In this document: positions 55,160 through 64,000 of the stretch, piece after piece
Layout: each line of letters opens with the position of its first letter
Position numbering within the stretch: the first letter of the stretch is position 1
Assembly: GCF_003003005.1 (NCBI RefSeq)
Contig: NZ_PVTR01000001.1
Coordinates: forward strand, 267,108 to 331,107
Reading direction: 5' to 3'
Length of the DNA stretch: 64,000 nt
Origin: Mongoliibacter ruber
GTDB taxonomy: Bacteria > Bacteroidota > Bacteroidia > Cytophagales > Cyclobacteriaceae
The notes under the pieces: generated by a model
The model's input: only the letters and a program-made list of their open reading frames with translations
Told to the model about the DNA's origin: nothing
Database searches by the model: none
Program-made: the position numbers and the translations under genes

Positions 55160-56749
55160 CTAAAAAGGGGCTGGTTCATTGCTTCCTACTCCACCTGGAA
55201 AAGAAGAATCGTTATCACCTCCGTTGGCTTTACTTTGCAACCTGATGGTATTGCCAGACTCAAATTCCTGACCACTTGCCGCTGACGGAAACTTATTGCC
55301 ATAGAGTGCATCTTGGGGTTGGTAAGCAACATTCATTTCCAAATCAGTAAACTTGGTATACTTTCCTATAAATCTAAGTTTAACATTTTCAAGAGAACCA
55401 TTTCTATGTTTTGCAATGATCACTTCTCCTACTCCTAAAGTAGAATTGCTGTTTTCATCCTCTGTGATACCATAGTATTCAGGCCGGTAAAGGAACATTA
55501 CCATATCAGCATCCTGCTCAATGGCGCCAGACTCCCTCAAATCTGAGAGTTGAGGTCTTTTATCACCACCTCTTGTTTCTACAGCCCTTGAAAGCTGTGA
55601 AAGGGCAATAACAGGAATACTCAGTTCCTTTGCAATTTTCTTCAAAGCCCTGGAGATACTTGCAATTTCCTGTTCCCTGTTCCCTCCAGGTCCACCGGAT
55701 TTGGAATCTCCCGACATCAACTGCAGATAATCAATTACCACCATTTGAATATCGTGCTGGGCTTTTAGTTTTCTACATTTTGCCCTCAATTCCAAGATAG
55801 AAAGTGCTGGGGTATCATCTACAAACAAAGGTGACTTAGAAAGTTTTCCTGTTTTATGAATCAACTGTTCCCACTCATAATCAGCTAAATTACCTTTTTT
55901 TATTTTTTCTGAGTCAAGTTCAGCTTCAGAAGAAATTAACCTGTTGACCAACTGCACAGACGACATCTCCAAAGAGAAAATGGCTACAGGCCGGTTGTGA
56001 TCTACAGCTGCATTTCTAAGTACTGACAATACAAATGCTGTTTTCCCCATTGCGGGACGTGCTGCTATGATCACAAGATCTGATTTCTGCCAACCGGAAG
56101 TAACCCTGTCTAAAGCTGTAAATCCACTTGGAACACCCGTAAGCCCATCTTTTTGCCCCTTTTTTGACTCCAGTTCAACAATGGCCTCTTTCATAATATC
56201 CCTCAGGTTAGAGTAATTCTTCCTGATATTTTTCTCAGATATTTCAAAAAGCGATTGCTCCATTTTGTCAAGCAATTCAAAAACGTCAGTGGTGTCTTCA
56301 TAGGCATCTTTCTGAATCTCCGAAGCAATACTGATCATTTCCCTTTTCATGGACTGCTCCGTAATGATTCTGGCATGGAATTCAATATTGGCGGCAGAAG
56401 ATACTCTTGAAGTAAGTTCGGTGATGAAAAATGCACCACCTGCAAGCTCCAACTGACCATTTTTCCTAAGCTGATTGGTGACAGTCAGCAAGTCGATTGG
56501 TTGGCTATCTCCGAAAAGATCCAAAATAGCTGAATAGATAGCTTTATGCGCTTCTTTATAAAAACTTTCAGGCTTAAGGATATCTACTACCGAAGTTAAA
56601 GCATCCTTTTCCAGCATCAAGGCTCCCAATACAGCTTCCTCAAGATCAATGGCTTGGGGGGGTAACTTCCCCATTCCAGAACTTAAATTTAAATCAGGTT
56701 TCCTTTTGCCTGTAGGTCTGTTGCTGTTGCTGAATGTATTCTCTGCCAT
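55160..56749 (-). CDS. dnaB: replicative DNA helicase DnaB
   Basis: Walker A ARPAMGKTAF, RecA-like C-domain; first ATG at 56747-56749 (track ORF starts at TTG) with TTACATTTG -7 box upstream. Confidence 0.9.
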   Translation of the reverse strand: MAENTFSNSNRPTGKRKPDLNLSSGMGKLPPQAIDLEEAVLGALMLEKDALTSVVDILKPESFYKEAHKAIYSAILDLFGDSQPIDLLTVTNQLRKNGQLELAGGAFFITELTSRVSSAANIEFHARIITEQSMKREMISIASEIQKDAYEDTTDVFELLDKMEQSLFEISEKNIRKNYSNLRDIMKEAIVELESKKGQKDGLTGVPSGFTALDRVTSGWQKSDLVIIAARPAMGKTAFVLSVLRNAAVDHNRPVAIFSLEMSSVQLVNRLISSEAELDSEKIKKGNLADYEWEQLIHKTGKLSKSPLFVDDTPALSILELRAKCRKLKAQHDIQMVVIDYLQLMSGDSKSGGPGGNREQEIASISRALKKIAKELSIPVIALSQLSRAVETRGGDKRPQLSDLRESGAIEQDADMVMFLYRPEYYGITEDENSNSTLGVGEVIIAKHRNGSLENVKLRFIGKYTKFTDLEMNVAYQPQDALYGNKFPSAASGQEFESGNTIRLQSKANGGDNDSSFPGGVGSNEPAPF

Positions 56750-57039
56750 GGAAACAAATGTAACGGCTTTATACAAGAGTTTTTAAACAAGTTATTCACT
56801 AGATATCCACATTAACTTAATAACGATTGATTATCAGTTCTATATGAATTTTTCTCCAAACTTTATTTTAAACTTGATAACAATGGGATCTCATTTTTTC
56901 AAAGTAATCAGAAAATCAAAATGCAACCATTTTTTAATAACAGAAAATATAAAAGGAGAAGATACTTTTGAGATTTTAAAAAAAATGGTCCAGTCTCTTC
57001 TACCATATGCTTACATTTGAGTTTCAATTTTTACCCAAC

Positions 57040-58404
57040 ATGAATAAGAAATATCATTTTATTGCCATTGGTGGGGCGGTAATGCATAACCTCGCACTTG
57101 CTCTACATCAAAAAGGATACACCGTAAGTGGTTCAGATGATGAAATATATGAACCTTCTAGATCAAGGTTGCAAAATGCGGGTATCTTGCCTCAAGAAAA
57201 AGGCTGGTTCCCCGAAAAAATCAATCAGGACCTAGATGGCATTATATTGGGGATGCATGCCCGGATAGATAATCCCGAACTGGTCAAAGCTAGAGAACTA
57301 AATATCCCAGTATTTTCTTTCCCTGAGTTTATCTACGAACAAAGTAAGGATAAAAAGCGTGTGGTGATATCAGGATCTCATGGCAAAACCACTATCACTT
57401 CGATGATTTTGCATGTGCTGAATTTCCACAAAATGGAATTTGACTACCTGGTAGGTGCACAGATAGAAGGGTTTGACCTGATGGTAAGCCTTTCCAATGC
57501 ACCGGTCATTATCATTGAAGGTGACGAGTATCTCACCTCTCCACTCGACAGAAGACCCAAGTTTTTCCATTATTTTCATGATATACTCCTTATGAGTGGC
57601 ATTGCTTGGGATCATTTCAATGTGTTCCCAACATTTGAAAACTACAAGGAACAGTTTGAAAGATTGGTGGAAATGACGCCGGATAGCGGTACTTTTATTT
57701 ACTGCAATGAGGATCCGTACGTAAGAGAGATAGGCGAAAAAAAATCCAAAGAGAAATTTTCGCTTATTCCATATAAAGCACATCCATTTCTAATCAAAGA
57801 TGGTCAAACATTATTGATGGCAAATGATGGGGAGATGCCTATACATATTTTTGGTGAGCACAACCTGCAAAATCTGATGGGAGCTTTGGAAATTTGCCTT
57901 GCTTTGGGACTAACGAAAGAGCAGTTTTATCTAGCAATCAAAAGTTTCAAAGGAGCAGCTAAAAGACAGGAAGTATTGGCTAGTTCCGATAATAGCATAT
58001 TTTACAGGGATTTTGCACATGCTCCATCCAAACTAAAGGCGACTACAGATGCAGTAAAAAACCAGTTTCCTGACCGAAAACTTATAGCTGTACAGGAATT
58101 ACACACTTACAGTTCTTTGAATAAAGACTTTGTAGTCAATTATTCGGGCACTATGGATGCCGCAGATGTGGCGATTGTCTATTTAAATCCAAAAGCTGTA
58201 TCTTTGAAGAAGCTGGAACTTATGGATGAAGCTACCTTAAGGACTGCCTTTAATAGAGAGGACTTGATACTTTTTACTGAAATAGAAAAATTGAAATCCT
58301 ATCTTGAAGCCCAGAAATATGACGCCACAAACCTTTTGCTTATGAGCTCTGGAAATTATGATGACATGGACCTGAGTGTATTGAAATCAAAAATTAACAA
58401 ATAA
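57040..58404 (+). CDS. mpl: Mur-ligase-family protein, Mpl-like
   Basis: ISGSHGKTTITSMI Mur-ligase P-loop; TTACATTTG -7 box at 57011-57019 supports start at 57040. Confidence 0.8.
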   Translation: MNKKYHFIAIGGAVMHNLALALHQKGYTVSGSDDEIYEPSRSRLQNAGILPQEKGWFPEKINQDLDGIILGMHARIDNPELVKARELNIPVFSFPEFIYEQSKDKKRVVISGSHGKTTITSMILHVLNFHKMEFDYLVGAQIEGFDLMVSLSNAPVIIIEGDEYLTSPLDRRPKFFHYFHDILLMSGIAWDHFNVFPTFENYKEQFERLVEMTPDSGTFIYCNEDPYVREIGEKKSKEKFSLIPYKAHPFLIKDGQTLLMANDGEMPIHIFGEHNLQNLMGALEICLALGLTKEQFYLAIKSFKGAAKRQEVLASSDNSIFYRDFAHAPSKLKATTDAVKNQFPDRKLIAVQELHTYSSLNKDFVVNYSGTMDAADVAIVYLNPKAVSLKKLELMDEATLRTAFNREDLILFTEIEKLKSYLEAQKYDATNLLLMSSGNYDDMDLSVLKSKINK

Positions 58405-58412
58405 ATTTTGAC

Positions 58413-59219
58413 ATGAATTTAAAACTAAAAAACCCTATCGCATTTTTTGACATTGAGTCCACAGGGATAAACATTTCTACCGACAGAATTGTAGAAATAT
58501 CCATTCTTAAACTTCACCCTGATGGTAAAAAAGAAATCAAGACGGAATTGATTAATCCTACCATACCTATTCCCAAAGAGACTTCATTGATTCATGGTAT
58601 ATATGATGCCGATGTCAAAGACTCTCCTACTTTTAAAGAATTAGCAAGAGATTTACATCAATTTTTGGCGGGTGCTGACCTATCCGGTTTTAATGTACTG
58701 AAGTTTGATATTCCAATATTGGTAGAAGAGTTTTTGAGGGCAGGGATTGATTTTGATATCGAAAAAAGGAGTATTCTGGACTCTCAGAAAATCTTTTTTA
58801 TGATGGAAAAAAGAAACCTTACTGCCGCTTACAAATTCTATTGTGGGAAAAGTCTGGAAAATGCGCATTCAGCTGAGGCTGATACAATTGCTTCTTATGA
58901 GGTCTTTGAAGCCCAGATAGAAAGGTATTTAGGGGAGGAAGCAGAAGACTTACAAGGAAACAAGGTTGGTGTTTTTGAAAATGACATGAAAAAAATCCAT
59001 GCCATTCTCAACGAAAAGATGGTAGACTTGGCAGGGAGGTTTATTTTCAATGATGAGGGGGTTGAGTGCTTCAATTTCGGGAAACATAAGGGTAAACCCA
59101 TTGCTCAAGTATTGAAAGAAGAGCCTGGATACTATGATTGGATGATGAAAGGTGATTTCCCATTGGATACCAAAAGGAAATTTACACAAGTGAAGCTTCG
59201 AGAATTCCAACAACGCTAG
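58413..59219 (+). CDS. DEDD-family 3'-5' exonuclease (DNA pol III epsilon-like)
   Basis: Exo I FFDIESTG; later H-x4-D (HSAEADT). Confidence 0.8.
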   Translation: MNLKLKNPIAFFDIESTGINISTDRIVEISILKLHPDGKKEIKTELINPTIPIPKETSLIHGIYDADVKDSPTFKELARDLHQFLAGADLSGFNVLKFDIPILVEEFLRAGIDFDIEKRSILDSQKIFFMMEKRNLTAAYKFYCGKSLENAHSAEADTIASYEVFEAQIERYLGEEAEDLQGNKVGVFENDMKKIHAILNEKMVDLAGRFIFNDEGVECFNFGKHKGKPIAQVLKEEPGYYDWMMKGDFPLDTKRKFTQVKLREFQQR

Positions 59220-59305
59220 GAAGCATTGTGCATTCCTAATGCTTGTGCGGTTGAATCGTCAAGAAGGAATAAGATAATATAAAGGCATTTTATAAACTGC
59301 ATATA

Positions 59306-59341
59306 AAGAAAAAAACCTGCCAAAATTGGCAGGTTTTTTTT
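59306..59341. terminator. bidirectional rho-independent terminator
   Basis: AAACCTGCC-aaaatt-GGCAGGTTT followed by TTTTTTTT; T-rich on other strand. Confidence 0.65.
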
Positions 59342-60146
59342 ATCTCTTTTGGCTTCTTTCGTAGTATTCCATAGCCTGAGGCATATTATTATTGAGTTGA
59401 TCGATCCTTCTGTTTGGACCAGGGTGGGTGGATAAAAATTCAGGTGGACTTTCACCAGAACTCGCATTACTCATTCTTGTCCAAAACTCAGGAGCATCTC
59501 TTGGGTCATACCCGGCCAAAGCCATAAAATTCAACCCCAATTGATCAGCTTCCAATTCATGTCTTCTTGAAAATTTAAGCATTCCTAGTTGTCCTCCTAC
59601 ACCAAAAGCCTGAAGGAAAAGATTCTGCGTCAAAGATGGGTTTTGACCCATAGCCGCCTGAACTCCTCCCAATAGCCCATTGAGCAACATACCATTAGAC
59701 ATTCTTTCTCGACCATGATGCGCTATAGCATGTGCTACTTCATGTCCCATTACAACAGCAATACCTGTTTCATCTTCGCAAATCGGGATAATACCAGTGT
59801 AAAAAGCAACCTTTCCCCCAGGCATACACCAAGCATTGACAATATCTTCCTGAATAAGATTAAACTCCCAAGCAAAACCTTCTAAGGTTTCATCATAGCC
59901 TTTCTCTTTGAGATAAACTTCTACCGCATCGGCTATCCTTCTGCCCACTCTCAATACCATCTGACCTTCTGATGTGTTGGTCACCACCCTACTCTCTGCA
60001 AGCACTTGATCGTACTGTTCGTATGCGAGTGGCAACAATTCTTCATTCCCGATAAGGGCAAGTTGATTTCTTCCGCTGAGAGGAACTCTTGCACATGAAT
60101 AGATTAAAAGTCCAAGCGCAAACAAAAAACTTATTTTTTTCAACAT
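59340..60146 (-). CDS. M48-family zinc metallopeptidase (lipoprotein)
   Basis: HEVAHAIAHH HExxH motif; lipobox LIYSCA; start moved to MLKKISF (ATG 60144-60146). Confidence 0.8.
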   Translation of the reverse strand: MLKKISFLFALGLLIYSCARVPLSGRNQLALIGNEELLPLAYEQYDQVLAESRVVTNTSEGQMVLRVGRRIADAVEVYLKEKGYDETLEGFAWEFNLIQEDIVNAWCMPGGKVAFYTGIIPICEDETGIAVVMGHEVAHAIAHHGRERMSNGMLLNGLLGGVQAAMGQNPSLTQNLFLQAFGVGGQLGMLKFSRRHELEADQLGLNFMALAGYDPRDAPEFWTRMSNASSGESPPEFLSTHPGPNRRIDQLNNNMPQAMEYYERSQKR

Positions 60147-60242
60147 ATTGATTGATTTTTTCCCGAAAATGACCAAAAAAGGTGCCATTTCAAATTAGTC
60201 CATTTAATTTTTCGCTAAATTAAAAACTTAATTTATTTACCT

Positions 60243-60722
60243 ATGAACGAAGAGGCAAAAAAGTATTTAAAGAGAATGACCAATCCATTCATATTTTGGT
60301 GGGCAATGTTTTTCAAACTTCCCTCGGCTGTTTTCTGGAGGCTAAAAGTCAAGTCCTTGGACCTCAATTCATGTACAGTTACCATCCCCTATTTTTGGAG
60401 GAGTCAAAATCCCTTCAATTCAATTTATTTTGCTGCAATGGCAGGTGCTGCTGAATTAAGTACCGGAGCTCTTTGTCAATTGGCCATGGCCGGAAAAGGA
60501 AAGTTCAGCATGCTAGTAGTGGATTTTAGAGCTGAATATTACAAGAAAGCAAATCAAAGAATTGCCTTCTCATGCACTCAAGGTGATGAACTTTGCCAAT
60601 TGATCGATTTTCTAGAAGTAGATGAGAGTGATAAATTGACCACGGTATCAACAGGGGTTTCCCCAAGTGGAGAAATTGTGGCAAAGTTTTATGTTACTTG
60701 GTCTTTTAAAAGAAAAGCTTAA
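60243..60722 (+). CDS. hotdog-fold-like (DUF4442-type) protein
   Basis: size and pattern only; weak. Confidence 0.4.
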   Translation: MNEEAKKYLKRMTNPFIFWWAMFFKLPSAVFWRLKVKSLDLNSCTVTIPYFWRSQNPFNSIYFAAMAGAAELSTGALCQLAMAGKGKFSMLVVDFRAEYYKKANQRIAFSCTQGDELCQLIDFLEVDESDKLTTVSTGVSPSGEIVAKFYVTWSFKRKA

Positions 60723-61522
60723 TCTCTGAACCTACTATTTCTAGGATCAATCGGGTTTCTTCTATCCAATTGAAGTGGTTCTTCTTTTCTATACCTTGTT
60801 CTTTGATTGAGAAAATCAGTCAACATCTGTTCCACCCTTTCCCAATCCATATCCAAAAATTGATGATCTAAATTGGCCATATTAAATTCAATGATCAAAT
60901 CATCCATATCTCTGTCAGTCAGATTATACTCCAACTTGAGTGCCTGCATAACAGAATCCGATTGGATCAGGTCAAGGTAATCTTTCTGTCTTGCCAAAAA
61001 TGTCAACTTCTTGGCATATTGACGTTTTTGTCTCTCACTTTTCATAAAATACGAAATTGGACCATCGATAGTCAGACCAGGCATCAAGCTTTCATTATCT
61101 GCAAGTCCCATGTAAACTTTCCCAGGTCCTGTAGCCCTGTCTCCTAAGGAACGCATGGAAGATTGGTTTCCTGCCTTGAATGGAATCACCAACCTCTCAC
61201 CATACAAATCAAACATAGGGAGAGTTCTGGCATCAAGATAGATGTCTGTAAAAATGTGTGTATCTTCTCCAACCACCATTTTTTTGGGAATGTAATAGTC
61301 TCTCCTGAAAAGGAGGCTGTCTCCTTTTTGTCCCTTTACCCTGAAGTACCCTCTTTCATTGGTGATAATACTGTCTTTTTTATCCAGGTTTATTACCCAG
61401 ACATTGTCCAAAAAATTCCGATCCATTCCCTCTACCACATTTCCAGTGATCACCTGTGCTTGTGCTTGGGCAATCAAAGAAATACCCAGGAAGAATAATA
61501 TGATATATTTCGCTTTCAACAT
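60719..61522 (-). CDS. hypothetical secreted protein
   Basis: signal peptide MLKAKYIILFFLGISLIAQAQA. Confidence 0.5.
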   Translation of the reverse strand: MLKAKYIILFFLGISLIAQAQAQVITGNVVEGMDRNFLDNVWVINLDKKDSIITNERGYFRVKGQKGDSLLFRRDYYIPKKMVVGEDTHIFTDIYLDARTLPMFDLYGERLVIPFKAGNQSSMRSLGDRATGPGKVYMGLADNESLMPGLTIDGPISYFMKSERQKRQYAKKLTFLARQKDYLDLIQSDSVMQALKLEYNLTDRDMDDLIIEFNMANLDHQFLDMDWERVEQMLTDFLNQRTRYRKEEPLQLDRRNPIDPRNSRFRD

Positions 61523-61674
61523 TCTAAATTACCAACACACATTGTAGCTAAAAAATTTATCAGGTTAAAAATTATTAATCCATTCAATTATCGGAAATCA
61601 TTCCCTGTTTTATCAAAATTTCCAATAAAAGTACCCATAAGATTATTGCTATCCATTTAATACTTGTATTTTGA

Positions 61675-62592
61675 ATGCCATTGTCCAACAACTCTTTTGG
61701 CTTCATGAAAATGACAAAATCACATAGCATAAGCAGGTATGCGCCGACTCCAAGTGGATATTTACACTTTGGAAATATTTACTCTTTTATACTCACTTAC
61801 CATATTGCAAAAAAGGAAAATGCCAAAACCCTTCTCCGAATAGATGACTTGGACAAGGAGCGAACTAAGAATAATTTCCTCCATGATATTTTTAACACCC
61901 TTGATTTTTTAGAGATTCCTTATGATTTGGGACCTAAAAATTTTTCTGATTTTAAATCCAATTATTCTCAGTTGTCGAGAATGAGCTTGTACAAAGAGGC
62001 TTTGGAAAACTTAAAAACAAAAAAGTTGATTTTTGCCTGTGACTGTAGCCGAAAAAAGATCCTAAAATCAAATCCAAAAGGTTTCTACAATGGTTTTTGC
62101 AGAAATAAGAAACTTGATTTCAACAAGTCTGATGCTGCTTGGAGGGTCGCAACTCCAAAAGATATAGAAGTTAACCTCAATGATTATTCAGGAGTAACTG
62201 TCTCAGGAAAGCTGCCATCACTTTTAAGTGATTTTATTGTTAGGAAAAAAGATGGTTTCCCATCCTATCAACTGGCATCCTTGGTAGATGACCTACATTT
62301 TGGTGTTGACCTCATTGTCAGAGGAAAAGATCTCTATGGCTCAAGCTTGGCGCAGGTATATTTGGCTGATATTATGGGCAAAAACGATTTTCCAAAAAGT
62401 ACATTCTATCACCATCAGATTATCAAAAATGAAAACAAAGAAAAACTTTCCAAATCGGCAGGCAGCACCTCCGTTTTTTATTTGAGAAATCAGGGTAAAA
62501 AGAAAAGTGAAGTATATCAGGCTTTGGCAGAATTACTAGGTTTGCAAGGAACATTCACGCAACTGCAAGACTTCAGCATCTTGGTAAAATAA
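61675..62592 (+). CDS. gluQ: glutamyl-Q tRNA(Asp) synthetase
   Basis: HIGH-like YLHFGN, KLSKS-like KLSKSAGS, truncated GluRS catalytic domain length (305 aa). Confidence 0.8.
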   Translation: MPLSNNSFGFMKMTKSHSISRYAPTPSGYLHFGNIYSFILTYHIAKKENAKTLLRIDDLDKERTKNNFLHDIFNTLDFLEIPYDLGPKNFSDFKSNYSQLSRMSLYKEALENLKTKKLIFACDCSRKKILKSNPKGFYNGFCRNKKLDFNKSDAAWRVATPKDIEVNLNDYSGVTVSGKLPSLLSDFIVRKKDGFPSYQLASLVDDLHFGVDLIVRGKDLYGSSLAQVYLADIMGKNDFPKSTFYHHQIIKNENKEKLSKSAGSTSVFYLRNQGKKKSEVYQALAELLGLQGTFTQLQDFSILVK

Positions 62593-62594
62593 AA

Positions 62595-62620
62595 AAGCCG
62601 ATCATATCGACCGGCTTTTT
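62595..62620 (+). terminator. rho-independent terminator after gluQ (moderate)
   Basis: AAGCCG...CGGCTT stem followed by TTTTT. Confidence 0.45.
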
Positions 62621-62693
62621 AAATCTATTTTTTCAAATCTTCCCGCTATCGGGACTAGAATCTTAAATCTAAAATCTAAATCTAAAATTTAAA

Positions 62694-63977
62694 TCAATAC
62701 TTAGCAGGTATGCCATCACCTGGCAAACTCATTTTGATAAACTCTCTGATATCTTCGTTGGAATTAGCCAAATCTTCAGCTCTCAAATACATCATATGTC
62801 CTGATCTATATCCTTTGAAGTGTAACCTATCTTGCATTTTTCCAGCTGGATCCATTTGCCACATGTTGTATTTGGCATTAAAATAATCAGTACCACCATC
62901 AAAATATCCTGACTGAGTCATTACGTGCATGTATGGATTTTGCAACATGGCTTGAGCCAATTGCCTACCGGTGTTTTCATTACTTCTATCCCATGGGTGA
63001 ACTGGACCAAATAGGTTGTAAGTCAAGTCAGTATCATACTTCAAGATGTTTTTAGCATAATAGTTCATGGCTGGTGAAAAAGCATGGTTCCATGAAGTAA
63101 GGGCTGGATCATAATCATAACGCTCTCCAGCATCTGTTTGATCTATGCCTCTATATCTGCTGTCCAATCTACCAATTGTCAGGCCTTGATCTCTCATAAC
63201 TTCTTTCCAGTAATAGCTCGTAGGAACTGCCAATGCATGCTCTAAAATCACTTTTTCACTAAGACCAGTATAATATGACATTTTTTTAGCAATTTCTTTT
63301 CTTTCAGCTGGATCCAAAGTACCTCCTTTAGATAAGGCAGGAATCAAGACGTCAAGCGTATATGCCTCTACTTCAGGAATGATTTCATCCAAATCTTTGC
63401 TCTGTAGCTCTGAAGGCAGCACTTTATGGTACCAAGAAGTTGCTGCAAAATACGGCAAGTAATTAGCCGCAGCTACAGGCCCACTTCTATCTAAGCCCAT
63501 TCCTGTTGGAGAAACCAAGATTACCCCGTTGAGGTACATCCAATGTGCGTTTTGTAATTCATGTGCCATTCCGGCAACTCTTGTAGTACCATAACTTTCG
63601 CCAATAAGATACTTTGGTGATTGCCATCTGTTATTACGTGTAGTGAATGTCTTTACCCAATCAGAAAGGTATTTGATGTCACTGTTGATACCAAAAAAGG
63701 TCGATCTCGGTTCGTCTTTGTCTACCACTCTAGAGTAACCGGTATTTACTGGATCTATATATACAATATCAGCTACATCCAAAATAGAATGTGGGTTTTT
63801 GCTGACACCATAAGGCTGTAAAGGATTCCCTTCATCATCAATATTCAATTTGTAAGGACCAGTGTAAGCCAAATGCATCCAAAGAGAACCTGAACCAGGA
63901 CCTCCATTGAAAGAGTACACCAAAGGTCTTCTTGCCTTGTCAGTTACGTCAGTTCTTTCGTAATAAGTGTAAAACAA
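62694..63977 (-). CDS. S10-family serine carboxypeptidase
   Basis: FNGGPGSGS and GESYG(T) serine-nucleophile motifs. Confidence 0.75.
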   Translation of the reverse strand: MFYTYYERTDVTDKARRPLVYSFNGGPGSGSLWMHLAYTGPYKLNIDDEGNPLQPYGVSKNPHSILDVADIVYIDPVNTGYSRVVDKDEPRSTFFGINSDIKYLSDWVKTFTTRNNRWQSPKYLIGESYGTTRVAGMAHELQNAHWMYLNGVILVSPTGMGLDRSGPVAAANYLPYFAATSWYHKVLPSELQSKDLDEIIPEVEAYTLDVLIPALSKGGTLDPAERKEIAKKMSYYTGLSEKVILEHALAVPTSYYWKEVMRDQGLTIGRLDSRYRGIDQTDAGERYDYDPALTSWNHAFSPAMNYYAKNILKYDTDLTYNLFGPVHPWDRSNENTGRQLAQAMLQNPYMHVMTQSGYFDGGTDYFNAKYNMWQMDPAGKMQDRLHFKGYRSGHMMYLRAEDLANSNEDIREFIKMSLPGDGIPAKY

Positions 63978-64000
63978 AGTCGCTATTGGCTCACCAGCCT

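Noticed and set aside
57007-57039. longer N-terminal extension of the Mur-ligase gene from ATG 57007
   Set aside because: A TTACATTTG -7-type promoter box lies inside the extension, and Mur-ligase alignments start near MNKKYHF. The shorter start is preferred.
1-64000. searched for CRISPR arrays, rRNA and tRNA genes
   Set aside because: No regularly spaced direct repeats with unique spacers, no rRNA-like conserved blocks and no convincing tRNA cloverleaf were seen. Intergenic repeats found are short operator- or leader-type motifs, reported separately.

Overview
This 64-kb window looks like a Bacteroidetes chromosome (host promoters carry TAnnTTTG-type -7 boxes and host genes lack Shine-Dalgarno sequences). 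It splits into two parts. Positions 1 to about 29,100 form a prophage- or satellite-like integrative element, read almost entirely on the minus strand: it carries radC, a ClpP-type prohead protease with a scaffold-like tail, a putative major capsid protein, a P4/D5-like primase-helicase, a cro/cI-type switch with two XRE-type repressor genes, an HNH endonuclease, a tandem DUF2829 protein and three orphan DNA methyltransferases (one C5-cytosine, two N6-adenine). Embedded in it on the plus strand is an AT-rich three-gene island: an MmeI-like single-chain Type IIL restriction-modification enzyme, an orphan 280-aa protein, and a 494-aa NERD-like/SF1-helicase-like P-loop NTPase. This is the best candidate for an uncharacterised defence module. 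It is preceded by a repeat-dense control region. Positions 29,100 to 64,000 are host backbone: a conserved-looking operon YbjN-like / PspA / NfeD-like / flotillin / 1618-aa giant AAA+ protein, an isolated beta-helix (tailspike- or lyase-like) protein, then housekeeping genes (usp, POT transporter, pckA, cyclophilin, nupC-family, etfAB, dnaB, mpl, gluQ, M48 and S10 peptidases). All calls rest on motif reading and the six-frame track. Nothing was compared against a database. The GC estimates are by eye.
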